Translations under genes and position numbers: made by a program
Shown: positions 46,684 through 55,015 of the stretch, piece by piece
Numbering within the stretch: position 1 is the first letter of the stretch
Layout: every line of letters begins with the position of its first letter
NCBI GenBank assembly: GCA_025928645.1
Contig: JAICJD010000003.1
Span: 1 to 56,069 of the forward strand
Source: Gemmatimonadales bacterium
GTDB taxonomy: Bacteria; Gemmatimonadota; Gemmatimonadetes; Gemmatimonadales; GWC2-71-9
Length of the DNA stretch: 56,069 bases
Direction of reading: 5' to 3'
The notes under the pieces: model-generated
What the model was told of the DNA's origin: nothing
What the model saw: the letters and a program-made list of their open reading frames with translations, nothing else
The model's database searches: none

Positions 46684-47622
46684 ATGCTCCGCTGGGGCCT
46701 CTGCTGCCAATTCGTCGACGCCCCTATCAAGTTCCGCTCGGCGACCCATCGGTACGTCTCGACCCTGACGGCCAGGGCGCGCCGCGACTACCTGGGCGGC
46801 ATCGCGGTGGACAACGGGCGCGCGCTCGTGGCCGCGGTGCGGCACTGCCACGAGCTCGGCATCGGCGCCTTTCGCATCACCAGTCAGATCCTGCCGCTCG
46901 GCACGCATCCGGAGAGCGGGTACACGCTCGAGCGCATCGACCGCCGGGGCACCGCGCGGGAGAGCTTTCTCGAGGCTGCAGCGCTCGCGCGCGAGCTTGA
47001 CGTGCGGCTCAGCTTCCATCCGGACCAGTTCGTCGTCCTCAATTCGGAGCGCCAGGCGGTGGTGCAGAGCTCGACCGCGGAGGTCGAGTTCCAGACGGAG
47101 GTCGCCGAGCTGGTAGGCGCCGACGTGATCGTATTGCACGGCGGGGGTGGCGCGGGCGGAGTCGAGGCGGCTGTCGCGCGGCTCGGCCTCGCGGTCGAGC
47201 GTCTGAGCGCGCGAGCCCGGAGCCGACTCGCGCTGGAAAACGACGACCGGCTGTTCGCGCCGGCGGACCTGCTGCCGCTCTGCGAGCGGCTGGGCCTCCC
47301 GCTGGTCTACGACGTCCATCACCACCGCTGCAAAGGCGACGGGCTGTCGGTGGCGGAGGCGACCGCGCGGGCCGCCGCGACGTGGGGCGCACGAGAGCCG
47401 TACTTCCACATCTCGTCGCCGCGCGAAGGTTGGAAGGGCGGCGACCCCAGGCCCCACGCGGACTACATCGACCCTGCGGACGTGCCGCGGGAGTGGCTCG
47501 GGATGCGCGCAACGGTGGACGTCGAGGCGAAGGCGAAGGAGCGGGCGGTCCGGGCGATCTCCGAGGCGATCCGCTTCGCCTCGCGCCCGATCTCCCGCAG
47601 CATGCCGGTCGGCGCCACGTAG
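46684..47622 (+). CDS. uvsE: UV damage endonuclease
   Basis: FRITSQI, RLSFHPDQF, LHGGG, LENDD, YDVHHH, HISS, HADYI, VEAKAKE. Confidence 0.9.
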   Translation: MLRWGLCCQFVDAPIKFRSATHRYVSTLTARARRDYLGGIAVDNGRALVAAVRHCHELGIGAFRITSQILPLGTHPESGYTLERIDRRGTARESFLEAAALARELDVRLSFHPDQFVVLNSERQAVVQSSTAEVEFQTEVAELVGADVIVLHGGGGAGGVEAAVARLGLAVERLSARARSRLALENDDRLFAPADLLPLCERLGLPLVYDVHHHRCKGDGLSVAEATARAAATWGAREPYFHISSPREGWKGGDPRPHADYIDPADVPREWLGMRATVDVEAKAKERAVRAISEAIRFASRPISRSMPVGAT

Positions 47623-48662
47623 TACCCGCAGAAGTAGAGCCCCGGAACGCCCGACGCGCGCCCGCTCGAGCGCGGCGTACCCTCCGGGCCGAGCGCCGCC
47701 CCGGCGCCCTGCAGGAACGCGTCCACCCGCGGGCGGTACCCGGTGGCGAGCACCACCGCATCGAACGCCTCCCGCGTCCCATCGCTGAACGCGACGCCAT
47801 CCGCAGTGAACCGCTCGATGCCCGGACGCACCGCGATCTCTCCTCGCTTGATCCGTTCGATCGTGCCCACGTCGATCACGGGTATGCGTCCCTCGCGGTG
47901 GATCCGGCTCAGCGGACCGCCCGCCGGACGTCGGAGGCCATGGCGCGTGAGGTCGCCGAGGACGGCGCGCAGAACCGGCGCGTTGAGCGCATCGGCGAGC
48001 CGCGGCGGCAGCGCTCGTTCCGCGATGGTGATCGCCAGGATGGGAATCCCGAACAGCTCGCGCGGGACGACATGCGGCGGCCCGCGCACCGCCAGGGTCA
48101 CGCGTGCGCGATGCTCGCACAGGTCGAGCGCGATCTCCGCGCCCGAGTTGCCGAAGCCGACCACGAGCACGCGCCGTCCCGCGAAGCGCGTCCCGTTCCG
48201 GTAGCCCGAGCTGTGCAGCAGCTCACCGCCGAACGCCTCCTGACCCGGCCACGTCGGCAGGTTCGGCTCGCGGGTGTACCCGGTGGCGACCACCAGCACG
48301 CGCGCGGAGTAAACGGTATCCTGCGTCCGCACCTCCCAGCCGCCGCCGGCCGGTCGCGCGGCGGCGACGCGCCGGCCGAGCCTGATATCCAGCGGAAACG
48401 CCTTCGCGTACGTCTCGAGATAGGCGACCACGTCGGCGCGCGGGACGTAGCGCGGAAGGTCGCGCGGGAACGGCAGGAACGGCAGCCCGGATCGGCCTCG
48501 GTCGGTGTGCAGGTGAAGCCGGTCGTAGTGCGAGCGCCACGCGGCGCCGACCGCGTCAGCCTGCTCCAGCAGCAGCGCGGGGATGCCGAGCCGCGCGAGA
48601 CAGGCACCGACCGCAAGCCCCGCCGGTCCGGCTCCCACGATCACAACGTGGGGCTCGGTCAT
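47463..48662 (-). CDS. Flavin-containing monooxygenase (class B, FMO/YUCCA-like)
   Basis: GAGPAG, W..HYDRLHLHT, FxGxxxHxxxY (FGGELLHSSGY), GFGNSG, ATGY. ATGA overlap with the upstream gene. Confidence 0.88.
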   Translation of the reverse strand: MTEPHVVIVGAGPAGLAVGACLARLGIPALLLEQADAVGAAWRSHYDRLHLHTDRGRSGLPFLPFPRDLPRYVPRADVVAYLETYAKAFPLDIRLGRRVAAARPAGGGWEVRTQDTVYSARVLVVATGYTREPNLPTWPGQEAFGGELLHSSGYRNGTRFAGRRVLVVGFGNSGAEIALDLCEHRARVTLAVRGPPHVVPRELFGIPILAITIAERALPPRLADALNAPVLRAVLGDLTRHGLRRPAGGPLSRIHREGRIPVIDVGTIERIKRGEIAVRPGIERFTADGVAFSDGTREAFDAVVLATGYRPRVDAFLQGAGAALGPEGTPRSSGRASGVPGLYFCGYYVAPTGMLREIGREAKRIASEIARTARSFAFASTSTVARIPSHSRGTSAGSM

Positions 48663-50209
48663 CCGCGAATGGACAAGGCGTGACGGAAGACGTTCCGCGG
48701 ATCCCAGCGAGCCTTGGTGCGCTGGAGCCGGGCGTAGTTGCCTTGATAGTACAGGACTGGCCACGGCACGCCCGACGTGTTGAGCGACGGGTCTGCGAGG
48801 TCGCTGTCGGGGTGGTTGATGAGCGCGCCATCGTACGCGTCGGCCGGCACCGGCACGCCACCGGTGTCGGCGAACAGGTCGCGGTACAATGCGCGCACCC
48901 AGGCGAGGTTCTTCGCTTCGTCCGCCGGGTCCAGCCAACCGGTAGTGCAGGCGATGTCGAGGATCGCCGCGCGCTGCGGCGACGCGGTCGCGTCGGCGGC
49001 CACGGTGTTGATCCGCCCGCCGTAGGTGGCAAGCCCGAGCATGCCGCCCATGACGTCGGTATCGCGACGGGTGAGATGGTCGTAGGCCGTTTCCATCTGC
49101 CGGTCGGTAAACCGCCGCTTGAGCAGCGCGTCCTTCACCTTGACGCTGACGCCGCCCGGCGGCCCGGCGAACAGGTCGGGAAACGGGTTCAGCGCGAACT
49201 CGAGCCACGGCAGTCGGGCCAGCTCCCGACCTTGAGGCGCCGGGAGGCCGTCGGCCAGCGCCGCCAGGTGCTCGTTCGCCTGACGCTCCGCCGCCGCGCT
49301 TGCCGTGCTGACGCCGCGGACGACGATCTTCCCGAACTGTTCCCGATGAAGCTCGAGCAGCGTCCACAGCGACGCATTCGGCGAGTCGGCGCCGCTGTTC
49401 CGCTCGCACCATACGCCGTGATTGGCGAGGAGACGCCGGAAGGCGGACCGGCCGATGTCGGCCCAGCTCCACTCGGCCCGGAACGTGGTAACCGACTCCG
49501 GCGCGGGCGGCAGCAGCCGGCGGGGGTTGTCGCCCAGGGCGCCGCTCGCCCGGAACCAGTAGCGGAGCACCACACCGAAGTTTCCGCCGCCGCCGCCGGT
49601 GTGGGCCCACCAGAGGTCGTGGTTGGGGTCGGCCGGGTCGCGGGTAGCGACGACGGTGGCCGCGTGCCCATCGGCGTCCACCGTCACGACCTCGACCGCG
49701 TGGAGATAATCGGCCGCGAGGCCAAGCTGGCGGCAGAGAAAGCCAAAGGCGCCGCCCACCACGTGGCCGCCCATGCCGATGGCGGGGTACTCGCCGAGCG
49801 GGACGACGGTTCCCCAGCGCTCGAACAGCGCCCGGAAGACATCGCCGACGGTGGCGCCCGCCTCGACGACGATGGCGCGCCGGGCCGCGTCGTAGTCGAT
49901 CCGCTTCATCGGCGACACGTCCAGGATGACGCGCACCTCCGCGTCGGAGACGAAATTCTCCAGGCAGTGGCCGCCGCTCGTCACGGCGAACCGGCGTCTT
50001 TCCCGTACCGCGGCCTCGACCGCCGCGACCGCATCTTCCGCCGAGGCGATCATGCGGACGTCGTCGGGTCTCGGCGTGTATCGCTTGTTGAACTGCTTCG
50101 CGACGACGGCGAGGTACCGTGGGTCGTCGGGACCGATGGGGGGCGGGACGCCGCGCGGATGCGGCTCGGTGCGGGGCCCGGGCTGGTCCTCCGGAGTCGC
50201 TCCCTTCAG
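48659..50209 (-). CDS. FAD-linked BBE-domain oxidoreductase (AknOx/TamL-like)
   Basis: SGGHC covalent-FAD His, GGGGGNFGVV, C-terminal GNYARL..TKARWDPRNVF. Start tentatively placed at a CTG overlapping the upstream stop. Confidence 0.85.
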   Translation of the reverse strand: MKGATPEDQPGPRTEPHPRGVPPPIGPDDPRYLAVVAKQFNKRYTPRPDDVRMIASAEDAVAAVEAAVRERRRFAVTSGGHCLENFVSDAEVRVILDVSPMKRIDYDAARRAIVVEAGATVGDVFRALFERWGTVVPLGEYPAIGMGGHVVGGAFGFLCRQLGLAADYLHAVEVVTVDADGHAATVVATRDPADPNHDLWWAHTGGGGGNFGVVLRYWFRASGALGDNPRRLLPPAPESVTTFRAEWSWADIGRSAFRRLLANHGVWCERNSGADSPNASLWTLLELHREQFGKIVVRGVSTASAAAERQANEHLAALADGLPAPQGRELARLPWLEFALNPFPDLFAGPPGGVSVKVKDALLKRRFTDRQMETAYDHLTRRDTDVMGGMLGLATYGGRINTVAADATASPQRAAILDIACTTGWLDPADEAKNLAWVRALYRDLFADTGGVPVPADAYDGALINHPDSDLADPSLNTSGVPWPVLYYQGNYARLQRTKARWDPRNVFRHALSIRG

Positions 50210-51729
50210 CGGGCCGCCTCGGGCTCGACGCGAGCCCCGAACGCCGCCGTCTCCACCCGGCCGGCGCGCTTCACCTGCACCCAGACGCGATAGCGACCCG
50301 GCCGGGGGAAGGCGTACGGAAACGACAATCGTCCGGCCGCGGTGTCGTGCATCGTCGCGGCCATCGCGGAATCCCGCGCCGCGATGCGGGAGCCGATCGC
50401 GCCCGCTGCGGTGTCGCCCGCCTCCCGCAGGGTGAAGGTCTCCTGCGCCGCCGGCGACACGGTCCCCATCGGATGGAGATGGATGAAGACCGACCCGTCG
50501 TCCCGCATCACGATCGCGTGCCCCGGCATGCCGAGATAGGGCGCGAGGGCCGCGAGCCTTCCGTCGGGCTCGCGGACCGTGAAGCGGAGCGGCGCCGGCG
50601 CGCCCGCGACCAGCGGCGCCTCGCCGCGGTCCCAGGTGATGGTGGCGCCGTCGGGCAGCGCGGCGCGGCGGCCGGTCGCGCCGCCGACGTAGGCCGCGTC
50701 GTCGCCGCTCGGCTCGGCGGCCGCCGGGATCGAGCCGGCGAGGTCCACGGTCGTCACCAGCGTCTTGGCGAACCCGCTCTCGTGCACCAGATCCGCGAAG
50801 ACCCGGTAGCGGCCGGGCGGCAGGGCGGGCATCGGCGCGTCGAACCGCACCGAATCCGCCGTCCGCGGATGCAGGTGCGCAAAGGCGTCGAGGTCGGGCG
50901 CGCGCACGAGGAACAGGTGCATCAGCCTGCCGTGATCCGTCACGAGCGGCGGCCAGGCGTGCTGCCCGTGCGCGCGGAGCCAGGCCGAGTCGCCGCGCAT
51001 GATCCAGCCGGAGTCCCTGATCTCGAGCCGGAGCGTCGGGGCGGCGCCGGATCCCGTCACGGCGGCGGCCGTGGCAAACGGCCGGTACATCCGGCCGACG
51101 AAGGCGCGGTCCTCGCCGCTCCACCAGCGCCAGCCCCCGAGCAACAGGAGTCCGACGAGTGCAGCGGCGCCGGTCATCGCGCGGCGTGCCGCGCGGCGCC
51201 GGGGCGGATCCGGGGCCCTGCCGGGCGGCAGCACGCTCTCGCGCACGGCGGCACCGACAATCGTGACGATGCCGGCGAACAGGAACAGGCCCGCCGCGCC
51301 GAGGATTACTCCGAGCCAACGGCCGAGCGGCAACCGGCGGTTGGGAACCGCGGCGACCGGCACCACCGTCGTGCCGGCGCCCTTCGCGCCCTTCACGGTG
51401 ACCGTGACGCTGTTGGACCCGGGCGCCATGATCCAGAGCCGCGTGCCGTACCAGCCGGCCGCGCCCGCGATCGGATGCGCGACGTCGGGCGGCGGCAGGC
51501 CCGCGCGCGCGTCGTACAGGTTGACCATCGCGGTGACCGTGTCGGGGGCCGCGCCCGCCACCTGCACGTCCACGTCGGCGACGCCGGGAATGACGCCGGG
51601 CAGGCGCACGTAGACCAGCAGGTGGTACGGTCCGGCATCTCCCTCGTACCAGACGTCGGGGCTTCCCACGTGCGCCGAGCACAGCACTACCATGCCGGCG
51701 AGCCCGAGCGCGCGGGCGGCACGGGTCAC
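50206..51729 (-). CDS. His-rich membrane protein with PmoB-like architecture
   Basis: GTGA overlap. Signal peptide followed by His20, a soluble domain, two TMs (about aa 138-162 and 185-203), then a soluble domain with DHGRLMH, AHLHP, PGH and IHLHP. The CDS is solid; the function is inferred. Confidence 0.6.
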   Translation of the reverse strand: MTRAARALGLAGMVVLCSAHVGSPDVWYEGDAGPYHLLVYVRLPGVIPGVADVDVQVAGAAPDTVTAMVNLYDARAGLPPPDVAHPIAGAAGWYGTRLWIMAPGSNSVTVTVKGAKGAGTTVVPVAAVPNRRLPLGRWLGVILGAAGLFLFAGIVTIVGAAVRESVLPPGRAPDPPRRRAARRAMTGAAALVGLLLLGGWRWWSGEDRAFVGRMYRPFATAAAVTGSGAAPTLRLEIRDSGWIMRGDSAWLRAHGQHAWPPLVTDHGRLMHLFLVRAPDLDAFAHLHPRTADSVRFDAPMPALPPGRYRVFADLVHESGFAKTLVTTVDLAGSIPAAAEPSGDDAAYVGGATGRRAALPDGATITWDRGEAPLVAGAPAPLRFTVREPDGRLAALAPYLGMPGHAIVMRDDGSVFIHLHPMGTVSPAAQETFTLREAGDTAAGAIGSRIAARDSAMAATMHDTAAGRLSFPYAFPRPGRYRVWVQVKRAGRVETAAFGARVEPEAAR

Positions 51730-52934
51730 CGCATCACCCGCGACATGCCGGCGCCCCACCAGAGCCCGACCCTGGACGATCCGATCGCGATGGCCACGGC
51801 CCAGCCGATGCCGCGCGCGAACGCCGCGAGGTCGAGGCGGCCGGCCGCGTCGGTCGGCACGTCCCAGAAGCTGTGCTGCCAGGCTCCCGGCCGCACCATG
51901 TATGGCCACTGGTCGCCCGCGAAGACCCAGTTGCGCGCGGCGGGCGAGAGGAGGAACTCGCCGAACCACCACTGCACAATGAGGAGCAGCAGCACGAAGC
52001 TCGCGCCCAGGCTCGCGGCCAGCAGCCAGTCGGGGCGCCGTCCGGCGCGGCGGAGCAGCAGGTCCATGCCGAACGCGGGCACGACCAGCAGCAGCGGGAA
52101 CTCGGGCGGCAGCATGTGGGTGACGGGCGTGTAGATCGGCGCCAGCCTGGCCTCGGCGGGGAAGAGCTGGAGGATCCACATCGCCGCCAGGATGCTGGCC
52201 ATGTACACCAGAGCCGCCGCGGTGGCGGAGTAGCGAAGCCGCCCGGCGCGGCCGATGGCGGCGAGCAGCACCGGGAAGGCGATCGCCGTCACCTGGTAGA
52301 AGTGCGGCCGGTGCATCGTGTTCGGGCGGCTGGCGTACTCGGAGATCATGGTCGCCGCCATCACCACCAGGAGCCCGCCGGCGAAGCTGAACGCCCGGGC
52401 CAGCCTCTTCACCTCTCCCGCGCGGGTCGCCCGGTTCTGCGCCGCCAGCAGCAGCAGCATCCCGCCGACCACCACCGAGATCATCCCGACGGCGAGCACC
52501 ATGTGCGGCGGGCTCATGATCTTGACGTCGAGGCCGTAGGCGTTGTGCCACCAGTCGTCGAACGGGGCCGAGGTGATCATCACGAACGTGCCCCAGATGG
52601 TGACCCAGGCGCCGAGCGGCGCGCGGAATCCCCAGAACCGCACCGACTCGGCGCGCTCGGAGGCGGAGCCGGCGAAGGTGGTGCGGAGCACGAGCCAGCC
52701 GCAGCTCACGCCCGCGACGATGGCCCCGAGTTGCTCCAGCAGGTGCGGCAGGGTCCAGAAGGTGTCCCGGCCGATGCTCTTGTGCCACGAGATATCCCAG
52801 AGGATGCCGGCGACGATCGCGGCGGAGGAGAGCAGCACCGCGACCCGCGGCCAGGCCGCGGCCGAGCGTGCGGGGAGGGCGAGCTGGGCGTCGGGCAGGT
52901 CCGGCCGCGGCGATTCGGTAGCGAGGGAGGCCAT
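51726..52934 (-). CDS. Polytopic membrane protein resembling a PmoC-PmoA fusion
   Basis: D47-x3-H51-x12-H64 (WDISWHKSIGRDTFWTLPHLLE) and D126-x3-H130-x13-H144 (FDDWWHNAYGLDVKIMSPPH). The C-terminal half resembles PmoA helices. The CDS is solid; homology is judged by eye. Confidence 0.65.
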   Translation of the reverse strand: MASLATESPRPDLPDAQLALPARSAAAWPRVAVLLSSAAIVAGILWDISWHKSIGRDTFWTLPHLLEQLGAIVAGVSCGWLVLRTTFAGSASERAESVRFWGFRAPLGAWVTIWGTFVMITSAPFDDWWHNAYGLDVKIMSPPHMVLAVGMISVVVGGMLLLLAAQNRATRAGEVKRLARAFSFAGGLLVVMAATMISEYASRPNTMHRPHFYQVTAIAFPVLLAAIGRAGRLRYSATAAALVYMASILAAMWILQLFPAEARLAPIYTPVTHMLPPEFPLLLVVPAFGMDLLLRRAGRRPDWLLAASLGASFVLLLLIVQWWFGEFLLSPAARNWVFAGDQWPYMVRPGAWQHSFWDVPTDAAGRLDLAAFARGIGWAVAIAIGSSRVGLWWGAGMSRVMR

Positions 52935-52989
52935 GGTGGACAGCAAGTTGATGCGGACGTCGGGGCTGGGCAACGGGGCGGCGAGCGGT

Positions 52990-53134
52990 GAGCGACCCAC
53001 CCCGCGACCTCGAGAAGACGGCCCAGGGCGCGGGCCGCCTCGAGCGTGGCGGGGCGCGGGGCCCCCGAACCCATCACCCCGACGACCGGCCGCCGGTGAG
53101 GGCCCGGGATCCGGTCATCGCCGTCGAGGGGCAT
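52990..53134 (-). pseudogene. N-terminal fragment of a LOG/TIGR00725-like protein
   Basis: RRPVVGVMGSG...AARALGRLLEVAGWV breaks off before the expected TGG motif, and the frame continues as non-homologous sequence. Confidence 0.5.
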
Positions 53135-53284
53135 AGAGCACATCCTTCCGTGGGGGGCCTCTCTAAACTGGGGGGTATCGGCGGGGTCCCGGCACCCCGG
53201 GACCGCTGAAGACAGCGGACAGCCTGTCCGCTTTCGACGCGGCGACGCCGCGGTCACCCTTGCCAGTGCGCGAGCGAGTCACGT

Positions 53285-54028
53285 ATGCGAAACCCACGGT
53301 GGATCATCGCGGCGGCGGGATTCCTTTCCGCCGCCTGCGGCGGCAGCGGCAGCGACGTCACCGGCCCCCCCGCCGGCACCGCGCCGACCGCGAACTTCGG
53401 CGTCACCTGCACCGGTCTCACCTGCAGCTTCAGCGACAGCAGCAGCGCGGCCCAGGGCGGCGGCGCCATCACGGCCTGGCAGTGGAACTTCGGCGACAGC
53501 ACAACCGCGACCGACCAGAACCCCACCCACAGCTACGCGGCCGCTGGCAGCTACAACGCGACGCTCACCGTCACCGACAGCGCGGGCACGACGGGCTCGG
53601 TCACCAAGCCGGTCGCGGTGCAGGCGCCGACCGCCGACCTCACCTGCACCAACGCGACCTCGCCCGGGGGCGCCACCACCTGCAGCCTCACGCTGCCCGA
53701 GCAGGCGAGCGTCACTGTCGTGACGACGGACAACATCCCGTGTGAGGCGCACGGGGACATCTTCGCGTTTACCGCGCCGGTAGCGGACACGCTGAGCAGG
53801 GATGTCTGCTTCGCGCCGGTCGGCACCCAGGTGACGCTGCCGTCCTCGCCCGCGGGGACCGTGGTGAGCTTCAACTTCGTTTCCGGGCTCACTCAGGACA
53901 TGACCGCGGTGCAGGTCAGCGGCCAGTATCCGCAGTGGACCATCGTCGGCGAGGATGCCATCGGCGCGCCGTTCCCGCCGGACTTCGCGGACCTGGGCGT
54001 GACGTTGACGGTGACACCGGGGCCGTAA
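53285..54028 (+). CDS. PKD-domain lipoprotein
   Basis: Lipobox LSAAC; APTANF...WQWNFGD...NPTHSYAAAGSYNATLTVTD. Confidence 0.85.
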   Translation: MRNPRWIIAAAGFLSAACGGSGSDVTGPPAGTAPTANFGVTCTGLTCSFSDSSSAAQGGGAITAWQWNFGDSTTATDQNPTHSYAAAGSYNATLTVTDSAGTTGSVTKPVAVQAPTADLTCTNATSPGGATTCSLTLPEQASVTVVTTDNIPCEAHGDIFAFTAPVADTLSRDVCFAPVGTQVTLPSSPAGTVVSFNFVSGLTQDMTAVQVSGQYPQWTIVGEDAIGAPFPPDFADLGVTLTVTPGP

Positions 54029-54031
54029 AGG

Positions 54032-54090
54032 GGAGTCACTGACACGGAGTCACCCTGGGCGACTCGCGCTCAGGGTGACTCGCGCTCAGG
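54032..54090. repeat. GAGTCAC/GTGACTC hairpin with direct repeat between convergent genes
   Basis: Inverted pair GAGTCACCCTG (54047-54057) and CAGGGTGACTC (54071-54081); GACTCGCGCTCAGG occurs twice. Confidence 0.55.
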
Positions 54091-55015
54091 CTGGCTCCGT
54101 CGGTGACGCCGGGACGGCCCCCCTCCCCCACAGCCACGCCGCCCCGCGCACCCCGCTCGAATCGCCGTGGCGGTTCGGCACGATCTTCGTGACGACGCTG
54201 TCGGAGAAGACGTAGCGCGGCAGCCGCCGGGAGACGGCCGCCGGCAGGTCCGGCAGGTTGGACATGCCGCCGCCCAGGACGACCGCGTCGGGGTCGAGCA
54301 CGTTGAGCACGCCGGCGAGCGCGCGGGCCAGCCGGTTTCCGTAGCGCTCGAGCGCCTCGCGAGCCGTTCCCTCACCGGCTGCGGCCGCCCGCACGATCTC
54401 CGGGCTCGTACGCGTCGTGCCCGAGAGCCGGGCAGCGTCGCGCTCGAACCCGGGTCCCGACAGAAAAGTCTCCACACAGCCCCGCTTGCCGCAGTAGCAC
54501 TCGGGCGCGGTGGCCCGCTCCTCGTCGGTCATCCACGGCAGCGCGTTGTGGCCCCACTCGCCGGCGATCTGATTCGGCCCTTCGTGAATTCGGCCGCCGA
54601 TCGCGATCCCACCGCCGACGCCCGTGCCCAGGATGACCCCGAACACCGCGCCGAGGCCCTGCCCCGCGCCGTCGATCGCCTCAGAGAGCGTGAAGCAGTT
54701 CGCGTCGTTTGCCACGCGGACCGGACGGGCGAGCCGCGCCTCGAGGTCCGCGAGCAACGGTCGTCCGTTGAGCCAGGTGGAGTTGGCGTTCTTCACCAGG
54801 CCGGTGGCCCGGCTCACGACGCCCGGGATTGCCACGCCCGCCGAGCCGGCGCGTCCGGCCTCGGCCTCGATCTCCACGACGAGCCGCGCGATGGCGTCGA
54901 GCGTGCCGGCATAGTCGCGTGGGGTGGCGACGCGGCGGCGCGCGGCGACGATCTCCGATCCGTCGAGCGCGATGGCTTCGGTCTTGGTGCCGCCGAGGTC
55001 GATGCCGATCTGCAT
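54086..55015 (-). CDS. ROK-family sugar kinase (Mak/fructokinase-like)
   Basis: IGIDLGGTK, NDANC, LGTGVGGG, GEWGH, CYCGKRGCVE, GDSSGVRGAAWL. Confidence 0.9.
   Translation of the reverse strand: MQIGIDLGGTKTEAIALDGSEIVAARRRVATPRDYAGTLDAIARLVVEIEAEAGRAGSAGVAIPGVVSRATGLVKNANSTWLNGRPLLADLEARLARPVRVANDANCFTLSEAIDGAGQGLGAVFGVILGTGVGGGIAIGGRIHEGPNQIAGEWGHNALPWMTDEERATAPECYCGKRGCVETFLSGPGFERDAARLSGTTRTSPEIVRAAAAGEGTAREALERYGNRLARALAGVLNVLDPDAVVLGGGMSNLPDLPAAVSRRLPRYVFSDSVVTKIVPNRHGDSSGVRGAAWLWGRGAVPASPTEPA

Noticed and set aside
50206-52934. Assigning the gene symbols pmoCAB or amoCAB
   Set aside because: Similarity is at motif and architecture level only and was judged by eye. The PmoA DWDFW motif and the PmoB first-domain HxH are missing, so methanotrophy or nitrification cannot be claimed.
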